From a virus (Duplodnaviria > Caudoviricetes), in IMG/VR virus record IMGVR_UViG_3300038393_000133, positions 1-36,035 of that record: 36,035 bases of DNA. One strand, written 5' to 3'. This document shows, piece after piece, positions 16,101 through 24,210 of this stretch (positions are counted from its first letter, which is position 1; each line of letters begins with the position of its first letter). A model generated the notes under the pieces. It did not search any database. It saw only the letters and a list, made by a program, of their open reading frames with translations, and had not been told where the DNA came from. The position numbers and the translations under genes were made by a program.

Positions 16101-18909
16101 TACTTCCGTATGCTCCGTCCTTCAGCCCTTTCAACGTCCCTTGCACATCCAGCAATGCGGTATCAAAAGCTACCGAGTCTTCTTTAAGTTGCGCGGATTG
16201 CATTGCTGCAAGCTTAATTGCGTCCTGTGCAGCTAGGTATTCTTTAGCCACTGCATTTCCAGTTGCGGAAGCGTCCGAAGCAGCTTGCATCCATCCAGTC
16301 TTACTTTCAGCGCTCCACTTCAAGCTAGCAGCTTCTACAAACTTACCCTGATCCTCAAGAGCCTTGATTTTCAAGTTTGTGATTTGCGTTTGCATCTCAC
16401 GTTCCGCTGCCAACGTGTTGGCTCTGCGCATCTTCTCAGCTTGCTCGATACTCTCGTTAGCTCGGTCAATTTCGCCTTGGAATCTCTCTGCATCAGCCTT
16501 CTTATTCGGCGTAGCTTCTGCGATCTTTTTCTGTGCTGCTGCGTCTTCTGCGATTCGTTTGTAGGTAGCTACTTCCTTATCTGCGACCTTGTCAATAAGT
16601 TGCAACTTGCCGATCTGACCCGCTTTGAACTTGGCGTCTTCTTGCTCACGGAATTCGCTCAGACCTTTGCTAGCCATTTTGATGTCGTTTTGAAACTTCG
16701 TAATAGCTTCGTTATAGGCATCGTTGGCGCCCTTGATGTCTGGTTTGCCAGTCAACATGCCTGTACCAGTCGACAGGAAACGGTTATCTTTCGCTGCCTT
16801 ATCATCAATCTCAGCGGACTGTTTACGGGCACGGTTAAGTGTCAGCGTGTTCAGTTCAGTCTCTTTGATGAGCTTATTCGCTTTAGCAAGAGCTTCGTTG
16901 TACAGTAAGTTCTGTTTAACATAGTCAGCTACAGCCGAGCCACCGCCTGCAAGAATTTGATCCCGAGTTCCCGGGTTAGCGATAACAAGGTTGGCAGTCT
17001 TCCTTTCCTGCTCAGACATTCCTGCCCACATCGCTTCCTTCGCCTTCTTCATTGCCTCTACACCAGCTTTCACAGTGTTTACGGCTCTAGCTGAAGCATC
17101 CTCTTGGGCTTGCATTTCCTGTTCGCGGGCAATAGCAGCATCGCTATAACCTTTCTTCTTCATCTCCAGAACTGCCAACTCTTTCGCGGCTGCTTCACGA
17201 ACACGGTCAGCATACTCCTGAAGGTTGTCCTCTGCTGGCTTGTTATCTAGGGCTTTGTCTTTAGCTGTTTTGTAAACACCCCACAGGTATGTAAGACCGG
17301 CAATTGCGATGCCAATCGGTCCTAGAGATGTCCAGAAACCTTTCGCAGAGACAGATGCCACGTCGAATGCTAAAGCTACAGCCCCGAGCCCTTTTGCGAA
17401 CTCGAAGACCTTCATACCAGCGTAAGCCAGTGCGAGGTTTTTAATAACCCCGATGTGATCTACAAGATACTTGGTCAGGTCTGCAACGTTGGTTGCAATT
17501 TCCTTCAACCCTGCCTTAAACTCTCCCGAGTTGAATGCAGCTTTCAGCGAACGAGCTACTGATCCGATTTGTGGCTGAACGTCAGCAAACACTTCCGAGA
17601 AAACAGATTGAATAGTATTGCCAACGCTTTTTAGCTGGTTAGAAGTGGTCTGTCCCATGGCAATCGCAGAAAGCGTTGCGAATGCGGCGGACTTGCTAAT
17701 CTCTCCTGCTACCTCTTCAAGCTTGTTCGCATATTTCTTTCCGAACTCGTCAACTTGATCCGATGCGGTATGTAGCATACTGCTCAGCACAGCGAACTCA
17801 CGCACACCTTGCTGGCTGAACATTTTAACTTCTGCTAGCTTCTTTTGCTGCTGATTCAGGCTATTGAAACCGGAATCAAGCTTCTTTACTACGTCAATAA
17901 GCGGCAGCATGAAACCTTGTGCATCCCTGAAATCCGAGATGTTCAGGTGCATATCCTTCAACGCCTGTGTTACCTTCTGCGTCGAAGCTGACAGGTCTTT
18001 GTAGAAGTTCTTCAGAGCCGTACCAGCCGACGTGCCTTGGATACCCAAGTTGGCGACAGCGGCAAGACCAAGAGCGATGTCTTGCAGTGTAGCGCCGTAA
18101 ACCTCACCAACAGCGGCAGCAGATTTAAACGCATTCGAGATGCTGTCAACGCTGGACATAGACGCAGCAGCGGTTTTTGCGATAACGTCCCCAACATGGT
18201 CGTACGCATCAGCCGAGTAGCCTAGCGCAGTACCAACCTGTACCAGAGTCTCCGCCGATTTCTCAACAGATACACCGCCTGCAATGGACAGGCTAAGAGC
18301 TGCGCCGACGCCTTGCATAGCTTGCTTGGCGTTCAAGCCAGCCAGAGTCAGGACGTTCAGCGCCTCCGCTACGTCTCGCGGCCCTTGGGCACCTTTTCCG
18401 AGGTCAGAAATCGCAGCAGACATCTTCGCAACATCTTCTACTGAAGCTCCGCCAAGTACGCGGATTTGTTCAAGAGTCTGCTCTACATCTTTACCTACAC
18501 TGACAATACCCTTCAGGGACGCGCCGATGGCGATACCGATACCCATTCCGGCAAGGTTCCCGTACGTTACCCACAGCGCACCAAGTGTGCCCGACAAACC
18601 CCGAGCCAAGGCATGTGCTTCAGCCATAGCGTCGTTATTTGCACGAGTAGTAGCAGTAGCACGAGTCTGAGACTGTGACATCTGGTTGATAACAGCAGTC
18701 AGCGACGTAATGGCAGTAATAAGAGCCGTAGCCTGTGCCACACCCCCTGTCATCATGCCGTTAACACCGACCACAGACGTTCCCAGCTTCTTTACAGCCT
18801 GTTCCGCCTTATCGGCAGACGTGGCAAGGTTATCCAATTGCTTCGCAGCAGTTTGGATACCTGTACTTTTTACCTCAACTACAAGTTGGCTGATATCTTG
18901 TGTTGCCAT
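13153..18909 (-). CDS. tail tape measure protein, 1918 aa
   Basis: Very long Ala-rich helical ORF after the tail chaperone; TP901-like core (LANLGIQGTSAGTALK-type motif); C-terminal LPSFDVGTN.VP.DM.A.VHKGERIIPA motif. Confidence 0.93.
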   Translation of the reverse strand: MATQDISQLVVEVKSTGIQTAAKQLDNLATSADKAEQAVKKLGTSVVGVNGMMTGGVAQATALITAITSLTAVINQMSQSQTRATATTRANNDAMAEAHALARGLSGTLGALWVTYGNLAGMGIGIAIGASLKGIVSVGKDVEQTLEQIRVLGGASVEDVAKMSAAISDLGKGAQGPRDVAEALNVLTLAGLNAKQAMQGVGAALSLSIAGGVSVEKSAETLVQVGTALGYSADAYDHVGDVIAKTAAASMSSVDSISNAFKSAAAVGEVYGATLQDIALGLAAVANLGIQGTSAGTALKNFYKDLSASTQKVTQALKDMHLNISDFRDAQGFMLPLIDVVKKLDSGFNSLNQQQKKLAEVKMFSQQGVREFAVLSSMLHTASDQVDEFGKKYANKLEEVAGEISKSAAFATLSAIAMGQTTSNQLKSVGNTIQSVFSEVFADVQPQIGSVARSLKAAFNSGEFKAGLKEIATNVADLTKYLVDHIGVIKNLALAYAGMKVFEFAKGLGAVALAFDVASVSAKGFWTSLGPIGIAIAGLTYLWGVYKTAKDKALDNKPAEDNLQEYADRVREAAAKELAVLEMKKKGYSDAAIAREQEMQAQEDASARAVNTVKAGVEAMKKAKEAMWAGMSEQERKTANLVIANPGTRDQILAGGGSAVADYVKQNLLYNEALAKANKLIKETELNTLTLNRARKQSAEIDDKAAKDNRFLSTGTGMLTGKPDIKGANDAYNEAITKFQNDIKMASKGLSEFREQEDAKFKAGQIGKLQLIDKVADKEVATYKRIAEDAAAQKKIAEATPNKKADAERFQGEIDRANESIEQAEKMRRANTLAAEREMQTQITNLKIKALEDQGKFVEAASLKWSAESKTGWMQAASDASATGNAVAKEYLAAQDAIKLAAMQSAQLKEDSVAFDTALLDVQGTLKGLKDGAYGSSVSDIFDNATKATKKFETAMGVLRAKTMNLFLDAQTSNTPEAWKKYAEASKALGAEADSAKTKWLEAADAISKALSDAFGAPGKALGDLSKASMEYQNTENASAETRMKQYGDMTQAASGFFDKQSRGFKLLNGISQVFHVAEMARISVRTAANIYEAASKFFAQLGMGGWAGIAAMGATMAALGYAVTGGGNGSDPKLSSDYVQKHQGTGTVLGDADAKSESISKALDDLKNNSDMMLPLTQNMLTSLQGIEAAMTGLSNLVARSGVSVGSNFDLGLKSSGSGFLGALFGKSSTTLKDSGLSFGGSVADLMLGKGFNQYAVTNTSSSSLFGLIKSSKDSSMTQALSAEMSNQFALVFQGLDATLKSAATTLGSNSDAVGTAIQNMVLESTKVSLKDLKGQDLTDAINNVISGAMDEIAKKVYPQMTAFQKVGEGYAETVVRVAGGIEQADAALKKLNVSAVSYLDIANKTGDISYEIAKQSIALKEGASGVGEIMTQITGTMSDVISAYTDLVAARKKMQDTGLGGGLNMATLQGAGDLKSLTSDLSSFYDKYFTAAQKVAIETSNMTAQFTAIGYTLPNTRDELKSWITAAASAGDQLKVGQLLALASGFDTLKTSIDDLAKSTDMFSSDAVDAAKTAFDNAVSVAETAYSRLETSINAEKTKIQSSVDSINNVLSTLADALKATAPKDTQINSFKKALAVINQAIATVGSGGDISKVAGLDDAIKTVSSQSTDAYSTAFEYQRAQAEANAALMSLQRAGQSQVSIYQKQLDTLDQQLDTARQQLDALKGIDNSVLTVAAALANFAGAMSEATTAKNNYAAVQAGNTGGVSAAVESLYKNVLGRASDEAGKAFWMNALSSGSATMAQVTQAFYDSAEYKATSKLPSFDVGTNNVPEDMLAMVHKGERIIPAADNAELQRKLDKVDSDKASSGESSVATKLDQLMDVIVRGDVANVQKMNEMVKIVKQWDGYGMPPERPST

Positions 18910-18928
18910 ACTATTCCCTTATAAACGC

Positions 18929-19483
18929 TCAGTCTCTTTTTTGCGCATTCAGCATCGAAGCGAACACATCTTCTACCTTATGTTCAACCATCTCCCTGAC
19001 GACCTCATCCTTTTGGTCTTCAACGACCGGGATGTACGGAGCCTTAGCCCCTTTCTTGCTTGCCACTGAATACTCAGCACAGTACGACCTGCTGAGCCTC
19101 CAGACGGCTCTATATTCTTTAGGGCTCAACACACCAACGAAATCGTTACATTCAGCCCACGCTTTAATCTCACTCCACGACAAACCGACCAGACCCATTC
19201 CTGTAGGGTTAGCTACACCGACAGAATGCAAAAGAGCCACGAGATACCCCGCAGCTTCCGAAATCTCGGGCATTGGAATTTCTCGTAGCTCTTGTAGAGA
19301 TACTGTCGGAGTGTCGGGGATCGAGCCATCATCCTCTTCCCCAGAGTCGTCCAGCGAGGCAACGTTACCGGACGTTACCTGCCTTATTTGCTCCGCTCGG
19401 CTTAGCTTTTGACCATCTGGTACAGCGTTGTAATACGCCTCTTGACGGACGTAAAGTTCAGCCTCATCGACTGTTACTTGAAA
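18929..19483 (-). CDS. C-terminal extension of the tail assembly chaperone (gpGT-like), reached by -1 frameshift
   Basis: The frame of the 18929..19273 ORF stays open upstream past the chaperone stop and reads FQVTVDEAELYVRQEAYYNAVPDGQKLSRAEQ...; it is the -1 frame at G CTT TTC (19486-19480). Confidence 0.75.
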   Translation of the reverse strand, partial: FQVTVDEAELYVRQEAYYNAVPDGQKLSRAEQIRQVTSGNVASLDDSGEEDDGSIPDTPTVSLQELREIPMPEISEAAGYLVALLHSVGVANPTGMGLVGLSWSEIKAWAECNDFVGVLSPKEYRAVWRLSRSYCAEYSVASKKGAKAPYIPVVEDQKDEVVREMVEHKVEDVFASMLNAQKRD

Positions 19484-19884
19484 AGCTCGATAGTACCCAG
19501 TGCTTCATCGATTTGTTGCTTAATAAACGAAATCGAATCATCAGCCAGCATTGCACGGAACTGTGCATCCGTCTTGACCGGCTCACCGTCGTAAGACAGG
19601 TTTTCCGAATCGAGGCAGCAAGCCACCAGCAGCTCGATACCTTCCTGCTTTTGTTCTTCTGCTGTCAGCTTCTTGTTACCCCGCTTGATCCCACGGTTAA
19701 CCATAGCGTTCACAGCAAGACGATACTCACGCGAGCCGGTCGAAGCGATAGTCACGGTAACTGGATTCTTACCCAGCGGGTCAAGTTGGCCGTCGTCGTT
19801 GACGAACAGGTCTTCGTCGGTGAACGGGTTCTTCAGGTGAAGAACAGTAGATTCTTTGATTGCTAGCGATTTTACGTCAAACAT
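19474..19884 (-). CDS. tail assembly chaperone (gpG-like)
   Basis: Lies between the major tail and tape measure genes; acidic, 136 aa; RBS AAGGA. Confidence 0.82.
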   Translation of the reverse strand: MFDVKSLAIKESTVLHLKNPFTDEDLFVNDDGQLDPLGKNPVTVTIASTGSREYRLAVNAMVNRGIKRGNKKLTAEEQKQEGIELLVACCLDSENLSYDGEPVKTDAQFRAMLADDSISFIKQQIDEALGTIELFK

Positions 19885-19936
19885 GTTATAGTCCTTTGTG
19901 TGGTAGGTTGCGGCATTATTTGCCTAAGTAATGCTA

Positions 19937-20027
19937 CTAACGTAGCTCTCTGCGCTTGTACCGTGATTGTACACTACGTACAACATGATGTCAAGTTTTG
20001 CTTGCACTGCGTAGAGAGCTATGTTAG
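19937..20027. repeat. 19-bp imperfect inverted repeat enclosing the promoter
   Basis: CTAACGTAGCTCTCTGCGC (19937-19955) versus GCGTAGAGAGCTATGTTAG (20009-20027); 17 of 19 pairs are Watson-Crick. Confidence 0.85.
19966..19994 (-). promoter_or_regulatory. sigma70-type promoter upstream of the chaperone and tape measure genes
   Basis: Minus strand: TTGACA tcatgttgtacgtagtg TACAAT (17-nt spacer). Confidence 0.8.
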
Positions 20028-20029
20028 AA

Positions 20030-20047
20030 GCCCCGCCGAAGCGGGGT
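20030..20047 (-). terminator. UUCG hairpin after the major tail gene (weak terminator or mRNA stabiliser)
   Basis: Minus strand: CCCCGC TTCG GCGGGG then CTTCT; poor U-tract. Confidence 0.55.
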
Positions 20048-20055
20048 ATGCTGCA

Positions 20056-20544
20056 TTAAGCAGTCTGGTTCGTCGTAACGATGTCGTTGTCGATTTCTAC
20101 GTCAACGGTCAGGCCGGTGATCTGGTCAACCGATCCAACTTCGAGCGTCCAACCCATCACCTGAGCGGTGAAGTAGTAAGTCGTACCCGACTGGGTTACA
20201 ACCTTGAACGCATACGACACGTCTTGGTCCGAAGCAGCTTTGATTGCGATCTGTCCGTTGTCCAGAATCGAATCACCAAGCTTCAGGGACAGGGTGCCGT
20301 TGTTGTACGAACCCTTACGCTTAACCGTCTGGCGCGAGCCGAGCGGGTTAAATGAAACTAGGTTGTACTTTTTACCGAACGATCCAAGGTCGGTTAGCTC
20401 GCCAATCTGGATGTACGATGCGCTACCAAAGGTTGTAGCATCGTATGTTGACGACAGGGCACTAGGCGCAGCGGACGGGGCCGAGCCAGTACCAGAGATG
20501 AACAGTTGTGTACCAGCACTGGTACGTACTTTAGAAACAGCCAT
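20056..20544 (-). CDS. major tail (tube) protein
   Basis: TSAGT.L.I; IGE.TDLG.FG..Y..V.F.PL..R.T.K.KGS.N.G; GQ....AA; YF.A.VM siphovirus tube pattern. Confidence 0.85.
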   Translation of the reverse strand: MAVSKVRTSAGTQLFISGTGSAPSAAPSALSSTYDATTFGSASYIQIGELTDLGSFGKKYNLVSFNPLGSRQTVKRKGSYNNGTLSLKLGDSILDNGQIAIKAASDQDVSYAFKVVTQSGTTYYFTAQVMGWTLEVGSVDQITGLTVDVEIDNDIVTTNQTA

Positions 20545-20562
20545 TATTTACTCCTTCAAATA

Positions 20563-20916
20563 TTAGTTGGTCAGCAGCGTGATGATTGCACCAGTAGCCC
20601 CTGCAACAGTCACAGTTCCGTTACCCGCAAGGTACGGTGCGATTGTGTCTAGGACGATGTGGTACGTCGTGCTAGCTGCAATCGTTAGCGACAGACCGGC
20701 AGTGAGGTTCGTAGTAAGTCCTGCAACGCCCGGAACAGGGAACGCAGCGGACGGGGCTGAGCCCTTAATCGTCACGGTGAGCGATCCAGCAGTGTTGTTA
20801 TGAATTTCAAGCACTTGGCTGGTGTTAGGTACGTAAGTGAAAGTGTCGGACGCTGATGCCGTGTTACGGTTTACAAGCGCCACGCCACCGCGAACTGTTG
20901 AGTTCAGAGTTGCCAT
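20563..20916 (-). CDS. small virion structural protein (Thr/Ala-rich beta protein)
   Basis: Collinear in the neck/tail module with RBS GAAGGA. Confidence 0.7.
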   Translation of the reverse strand: MATLNSTVRGGVALVNRNTASASDTFTYVPNTSQVLEIHNNTAGSLTVTIKGSAPSAAFPVPGVAGLTTNLTAGLSLTIAASTTYHIVLDTIAPYLAGNGTVTVAGATGAIITLLTN

Positions 20917-20940
20917 TTATTTTCCTTCGAAGAAAAGTTA

Positions 20941-21333
20941 TTATGATTCAATTCGGTAGTTGCCACGAACCGGGACGAATGCGTACCCGTCGATAATGCT
21001 TCCACGCGACCAACTTAGGGGCTGCTCAATACTAATTGTCCCCACCTTTGGTAGTACTGGAAAAAGTGCTACGATTGAATTTCCAAGCGCTTCCACTTCC
21101 CCCATTCCTTTTCCAGCCGGGGCGTAACAGTTGACTTGGAATATTCCTTGTTCTCGTACGCCGTCCGCTGATACATTCCGCAGCTTGCTATCTGACCCAA
21201 GCATATACACTTCAAGGTAAGAGCCACTTGCGGGCTTTGTAAAATTAACGCCTTCAAAGGCGACTGGGATCGGAGGCGTTTGCGCTTTCGCCCAGTTGTT
21301 AATTCGTGTTTCGATTTCTGATCGAGCTGTCAT
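20941..21333 (-). CDS. tail terminator / tail completion protein
   Basis: Position before the tail tube gene; PVAFE...F.KP, G.FQVN.YAP.G.G motifs. Confidence 0.7.
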   Translation of the reverse strand: MTARSEIETRINNWAKAQTPPIPVAFEGVNFTKPASGSYLEVYMLGSDSKLRNVSADGVREQGIFQVNCYAPAGKGMGEVEALGNSIVALFPVLPKVGTISIEQPLSWSRGSIIDGYAFVPVRGNYRIES

Positions 21334-21749
21334 TACGGCCTCTTATATTTCGGGACAACTTTAATGAAGGCTTTGCCGATCATCGCGTAAGGTCCGACAC
21401 GTCCAGTCCACTCAGGCGTAGGCCAACCGGCGTATTCTGCACGGAAACCGTACGGAGTCGAGTTTGACAAGCTGACACTGCTGTCACCGCCTACGAAGCC
21501 CGTATAGGTCTTCAGAGACGCGATCTGTGTCAGGCTGGACATTCCGTCCTTACTAGCCGAGTTTTCGTTGTAGGAGCTGTTATACGCGCTTCCTGTGTCA
21601 GCGTACCAGTTGTTAATCAACACGCCCTTATCGACTGGCGTACCGTGCACAACCTCTGTGAACAATTCCGTAGCAATGTTTACGATCTTATCGTTTACTT
21701 GGCGTTTTACTTTGTCCCGGCTTGCTCGTATAGAGTCTGCGAAGCCCAT
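21333..21749 (-). CDS. HK97 gp10-like neck/tail completion protein
   Basis: TPVDKG.L.NNW and N..PY..R.EY.GW motifs. Confidence 0.75.
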   Translation of the reverse strand: MGFADSIRASRDKVKRQVNDKIVNIATELFTEVVHGTPVDKGVLINNWYADTGSAYNSSYNENSASKDGMSSLTQIASLKTYTGFVGGDSSVSLSNSTPYGFRAEYAGWPTPEWTGRVGPYAMIGKAFIKVVPKYKRP

Positions 21750-22126
21750 TAAGCCCTCGCATAAATCTCGTACAGGTAGCTCTTTGCTCCTGATGGGTTG
21801 TGATCCTTGACCACCTTAACGTTCCATCGCTTACCCTCGAACATGATGTAGTCTACTTCAGCTCGTGGGAGAGGGGTATCGTCGGCAGGCTGGATGAAAA
21901 TCCACTTGTCTCCGGTTTGTACGGTAGTTCCGTCTCTAGCAAGCATACCCAGCGACTTTTGAATATAGTCTTGAGCGATGACACGGACTGGATATTCGGT
22001 AACAGATGGCGTGGAAGTGGATGTTTCAGGGTCGTACGTTCCTTCCCCAGTATCCACTACCAACGTTGCGTCTCCGCCGAACCGGCTCATCATCAAAACA
22101 ACTGTGCTGATAAGCGGGTCAACCAT
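21749..22126 (-). CDS. head closure / head-tail joining protein
   Basis: G.YDP.T, G..VQ.GD, W.V..V....P.G motifs; gene position. Confidence 0.7.
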   Translation of the reverse strand: MVDPLISTVVLMMSRFGGDATLVVDTGEGTYDPETSTSTPSVTEYPVRVIAQDYIQKSLGMLARDGTTVQTGDKWIFIQPADDTPLPRAEVDYIMFEGKRWNVKVVKDHNPSGAKSYLYEIYARA

Positions 22127-22602
22127 TAGTAGAACCTTCCGATAGTGCTGAACGGATCGTTAGGAATCGTAGTTGGCGGCAGAGCCATCAAATGCATATC
22201 CTGCGATTGCGTTGTCGTGATGTAGTTATCGTTCCAATCTCTCTGGAACTGAACAAGCGGAAGTTCCACTACCTGCCCGAATTCGTTCTTAACTTGCGCT
22301 ACGTATGGCATCGGTGCGATATCCATGAAGTTCGGGTTCAGGATCGTCGCTTTAACGAATGCAAGGTAGTTGTTGAACCACTCTGCACCGAACACTTCGA
22401 TCTGCGCTAGTTTCTGGTGTGTCTGCCCCGTCAGCATCGCAAGGATGTATTGGGCTACCAGAACGCTCGCTTTCGGGAGGTTATTATTCGTATCCTGCAA
22501 TGCCGAGATATAAACCGAGTCAGGCATCAACGGAAGATCGGAGAAATCACCGACCCGGAGGCGCATCTTACCTACGGGTGTTGTTGGATCAAGAAGTGCC
22601 AT
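22126..22602 (-). CDS. head-tail adaptor protein, 158 aa
   Basis: Start placed at ATG 22602 (MALLDP) behind RBS GAAAGGA; RLRVGD motif; first gene after the capsid gene. Confidence 0.7.
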   Translation of the reverse strand: MALLDPTTPVGKMRLRVGDFSDLPLMPDSVYISALQDTNNNLPKASVLVAQYILAMLTGQTHQKLAQIEVFGAEWFNNYLAFVKATILNPNFMDIAPMPYVAQVKNEFGQVVELPLVQFQRDWNDNYITTTQSQDMHLMALPPTTIPNDPFSTIGRFY

Positions 22603-22616
22603 GATGTTCCTTTCAA

Positions 22617-22682
22617 TGTTATCTATGAAGGCTAGGTACGGAATTAACCGTTTGACATGGAACGTAACCTTCATAGATAACA
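22617..22682. repeat. 15-bp perfect inverted repeat downstream of the capsid gene
   Basis: TGTTATCTATGAAGG (22617-22631) / CCTTCATAGATAACA (22668-22682). Confidence 0.9.
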
Positions 22683-22700
22683 GACCCCGAAGGGTCTGTT
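22679..22700 (-). terminator. UUCG hairpin after the major capsid gene
   Basis: Minus strand: AACAGACCC TTCG GGGTCTGTT, then ATCTAT; weak U-tract. Confidence 0.6.
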
Positions 22701-22708
22701 TTCAAGCA

Positions 22709-23737
22709 TTAGTTGCTTGTGGTAGCCTTCACAACCATCAGCGGCTTCAGCAGCGCGTTGATGAAGTTCGACTCCGATTCGATGGTGTAGGCAGTGCCAT
22801 TCGGTGCCATCGTTTCGAACACGTAGACTTGTTCACCCAGCGTATTCACCAGACCGAAACGGTTAGCTGGCGAGAAGTAGGTTTTGAAGAAGTCCGTACC
22901 AGTTGGTACGAAGTACGCATCAGCAGCCGGGATCAGGCGAGTACCGTTGTAAGCATCGCGCATTTCGATGAACGTTACACCCATGAATTCCCACGTACGA
23001 CGCATTCCAACTGCGCTACCATCTGCCGACTGACGACGACGCAGCGGTTCGCTGGTCGAAGTGTAGTACTGGTAAGCCTGCTTAACTACCGGGTGGGTAA
23101 TCAGCTTTTGGAAGAACGTTGTACCGCACAGAGCGACGATACCCGTGTAGTTCACTTGACCGCTGTTGTCCTGAATCTGTGCCAGAACAGTTTCGATCAT
23201 TGTCGAAATCTCAGTGGTCGAAGTACCCAGCAGGAAGTCAACAGCAGCAGGACGAGCCCCACCAGTCATTTCCTGATACCAGTCTTGCGACACAGTACCG
23301 TTTGGAGCGTAGACAGTGCCGCTCACAATCGCTTGTGCACGGGCTGCTTCCAGCGTCCATGCGTGGTTTTGGCGGATACGAGCCAGCTTACGAGCGCGCA
23401 CGAGGTCCAGCGTTTCAGCTTCCGAAGCCGATCCGTAGGCGCGTTTGCCTTGGATGTCTTGCGGATAGATCGCATCTTCGTATGGAAAGTGCGGAACGGT
23501 GAACGAGTGCATTTTGCGCTGTTGGTCACGGCCCACGCTTGCACGGTCGCCGCGAACACGGTCAACGATCAGTTGGCCGTCTTTGATGATTTCTTCGAAC
23601 ACAACCACGTGTTCAGCAACCGATTCCTCTTGGAAGATGCCCAGTTGGCCCAGCAGACCCCACTGGTTCGGAACGGTGTTTACTTCTTGGGTCCAGTCAA
23701 CGACACTGAAGCCGTTACCAAAATCGCGAACGATCAT
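22709..23737 (-). CDS. major capsid protein (lambda gpE-like family)
   Basis: 342 aa; T..VN.VPNQWG....LG.F, F.VPHFP..D.I.P.DIQG.R, T.E..RAQA..G, FAPAN-like motif, ESN; follows a decoration gene. Confidence 0.9.
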   Translation of the reverse strand: MIVRDFGNGFSVVDWTQEVNTVPNQWGLLGQLGIFQEESVAEHVVVFEEIIKDGQLIVDRVRGDRASVGRDQQRKMHSFTVPHFPYEDAIYPQDIQGKRAYGSASEAETLDLVRARKLARIRQNHAWTLEAARAQAIVSGTVYAPNGTVSQDWYQEMTGGARPAAVDFLLGTSTTEISTMIETVLAQIQDNSGQVNYTGIVALCGTTFFQKLITHPVVKQAYQYYTSTSEPLRRRQSADGSAVGMRRTWEFMGVTFIEMRDAYNGTRLIPAADAYFVPTGTDFFKTYFSPANRFGLVNTLGEQVYVFETMAPNGTAYTIESESNFINALLKPLMVVKATTSN

Positions 23738-23760
23738 TTGTTATTCCTTTGATTGGTTAA

Positions 23761-24192
23761 TTAGAACGAGGCTTCAACGAGGATGCCAACGGTTTTCAGC
23801 GAGTCGTATGCAGCCTGCTTCTGTGTAGCAGTGCCGAACGATGCGTCCAGTTTCAGAGCCTCTTTAGCGACGATTACTTTGCCGCGAGTCAGGGCCAGAG
23901 CTGGAGTGTCCGTTGCAGCTACCAGAGTGGTATCAACGATTGCACCCATCTTGCCGTCACCTAGATAGATAGCGACAGGGTTTTGCGAACCATCAGCGGC
24001 GTTCTGTACGGAGACTTTGTATTTACCCGTAGCAGTCACTTTGCCCAGAACCGTACCCAGCGTGTAGGTAGGAGTACCGGCTTCGTTTGCGGTGATGACA
24101 TCAGTGTGGAACTCAAAACGCTCCGGAGTGTCGCTCATTTTGACAAGCGAACCGAAACGAGAGTATTGGCCTTCAGTTGCGAAAACTGGCAT
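23761..24192 (-). CDS. head decoration protein (lambda gpD-like)
   Basis: GTVLGKVTATGKY......A.DGSQ.P.AI; C-terminal L...GI. Confidence 0.85.
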   Translation of the reverse strand: MPVFATEGQYSRFGSLVKMSDTPERFEFHTDVITANEAGTPTYTLGTVLGKVTATGKYKVSVQNAADGSQNPVAIYLGDGKMGAIVDTTLVAATDTPALALTRGKVIVAKEALKLDASFGTATQKQAAYDSLKTVGILVEASF

Positions 24193-24210
24193 GTTACATT
24201 CCTTTATGGA

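Noticed and set aside
22652-22680. TTGACA on + inside the capsid-downstream inverted repeat as an antisense promoter
   Set aside because: No acceptable -10 at 17-18 nt spacing (best is TAGATA at 16).
22601-23752. 383-aa plus-strand ORF opposite the capsid gene, and similar plus-strand ORFs across the late region
   Set aside because: Antisense shadows of well-supported structural genes.
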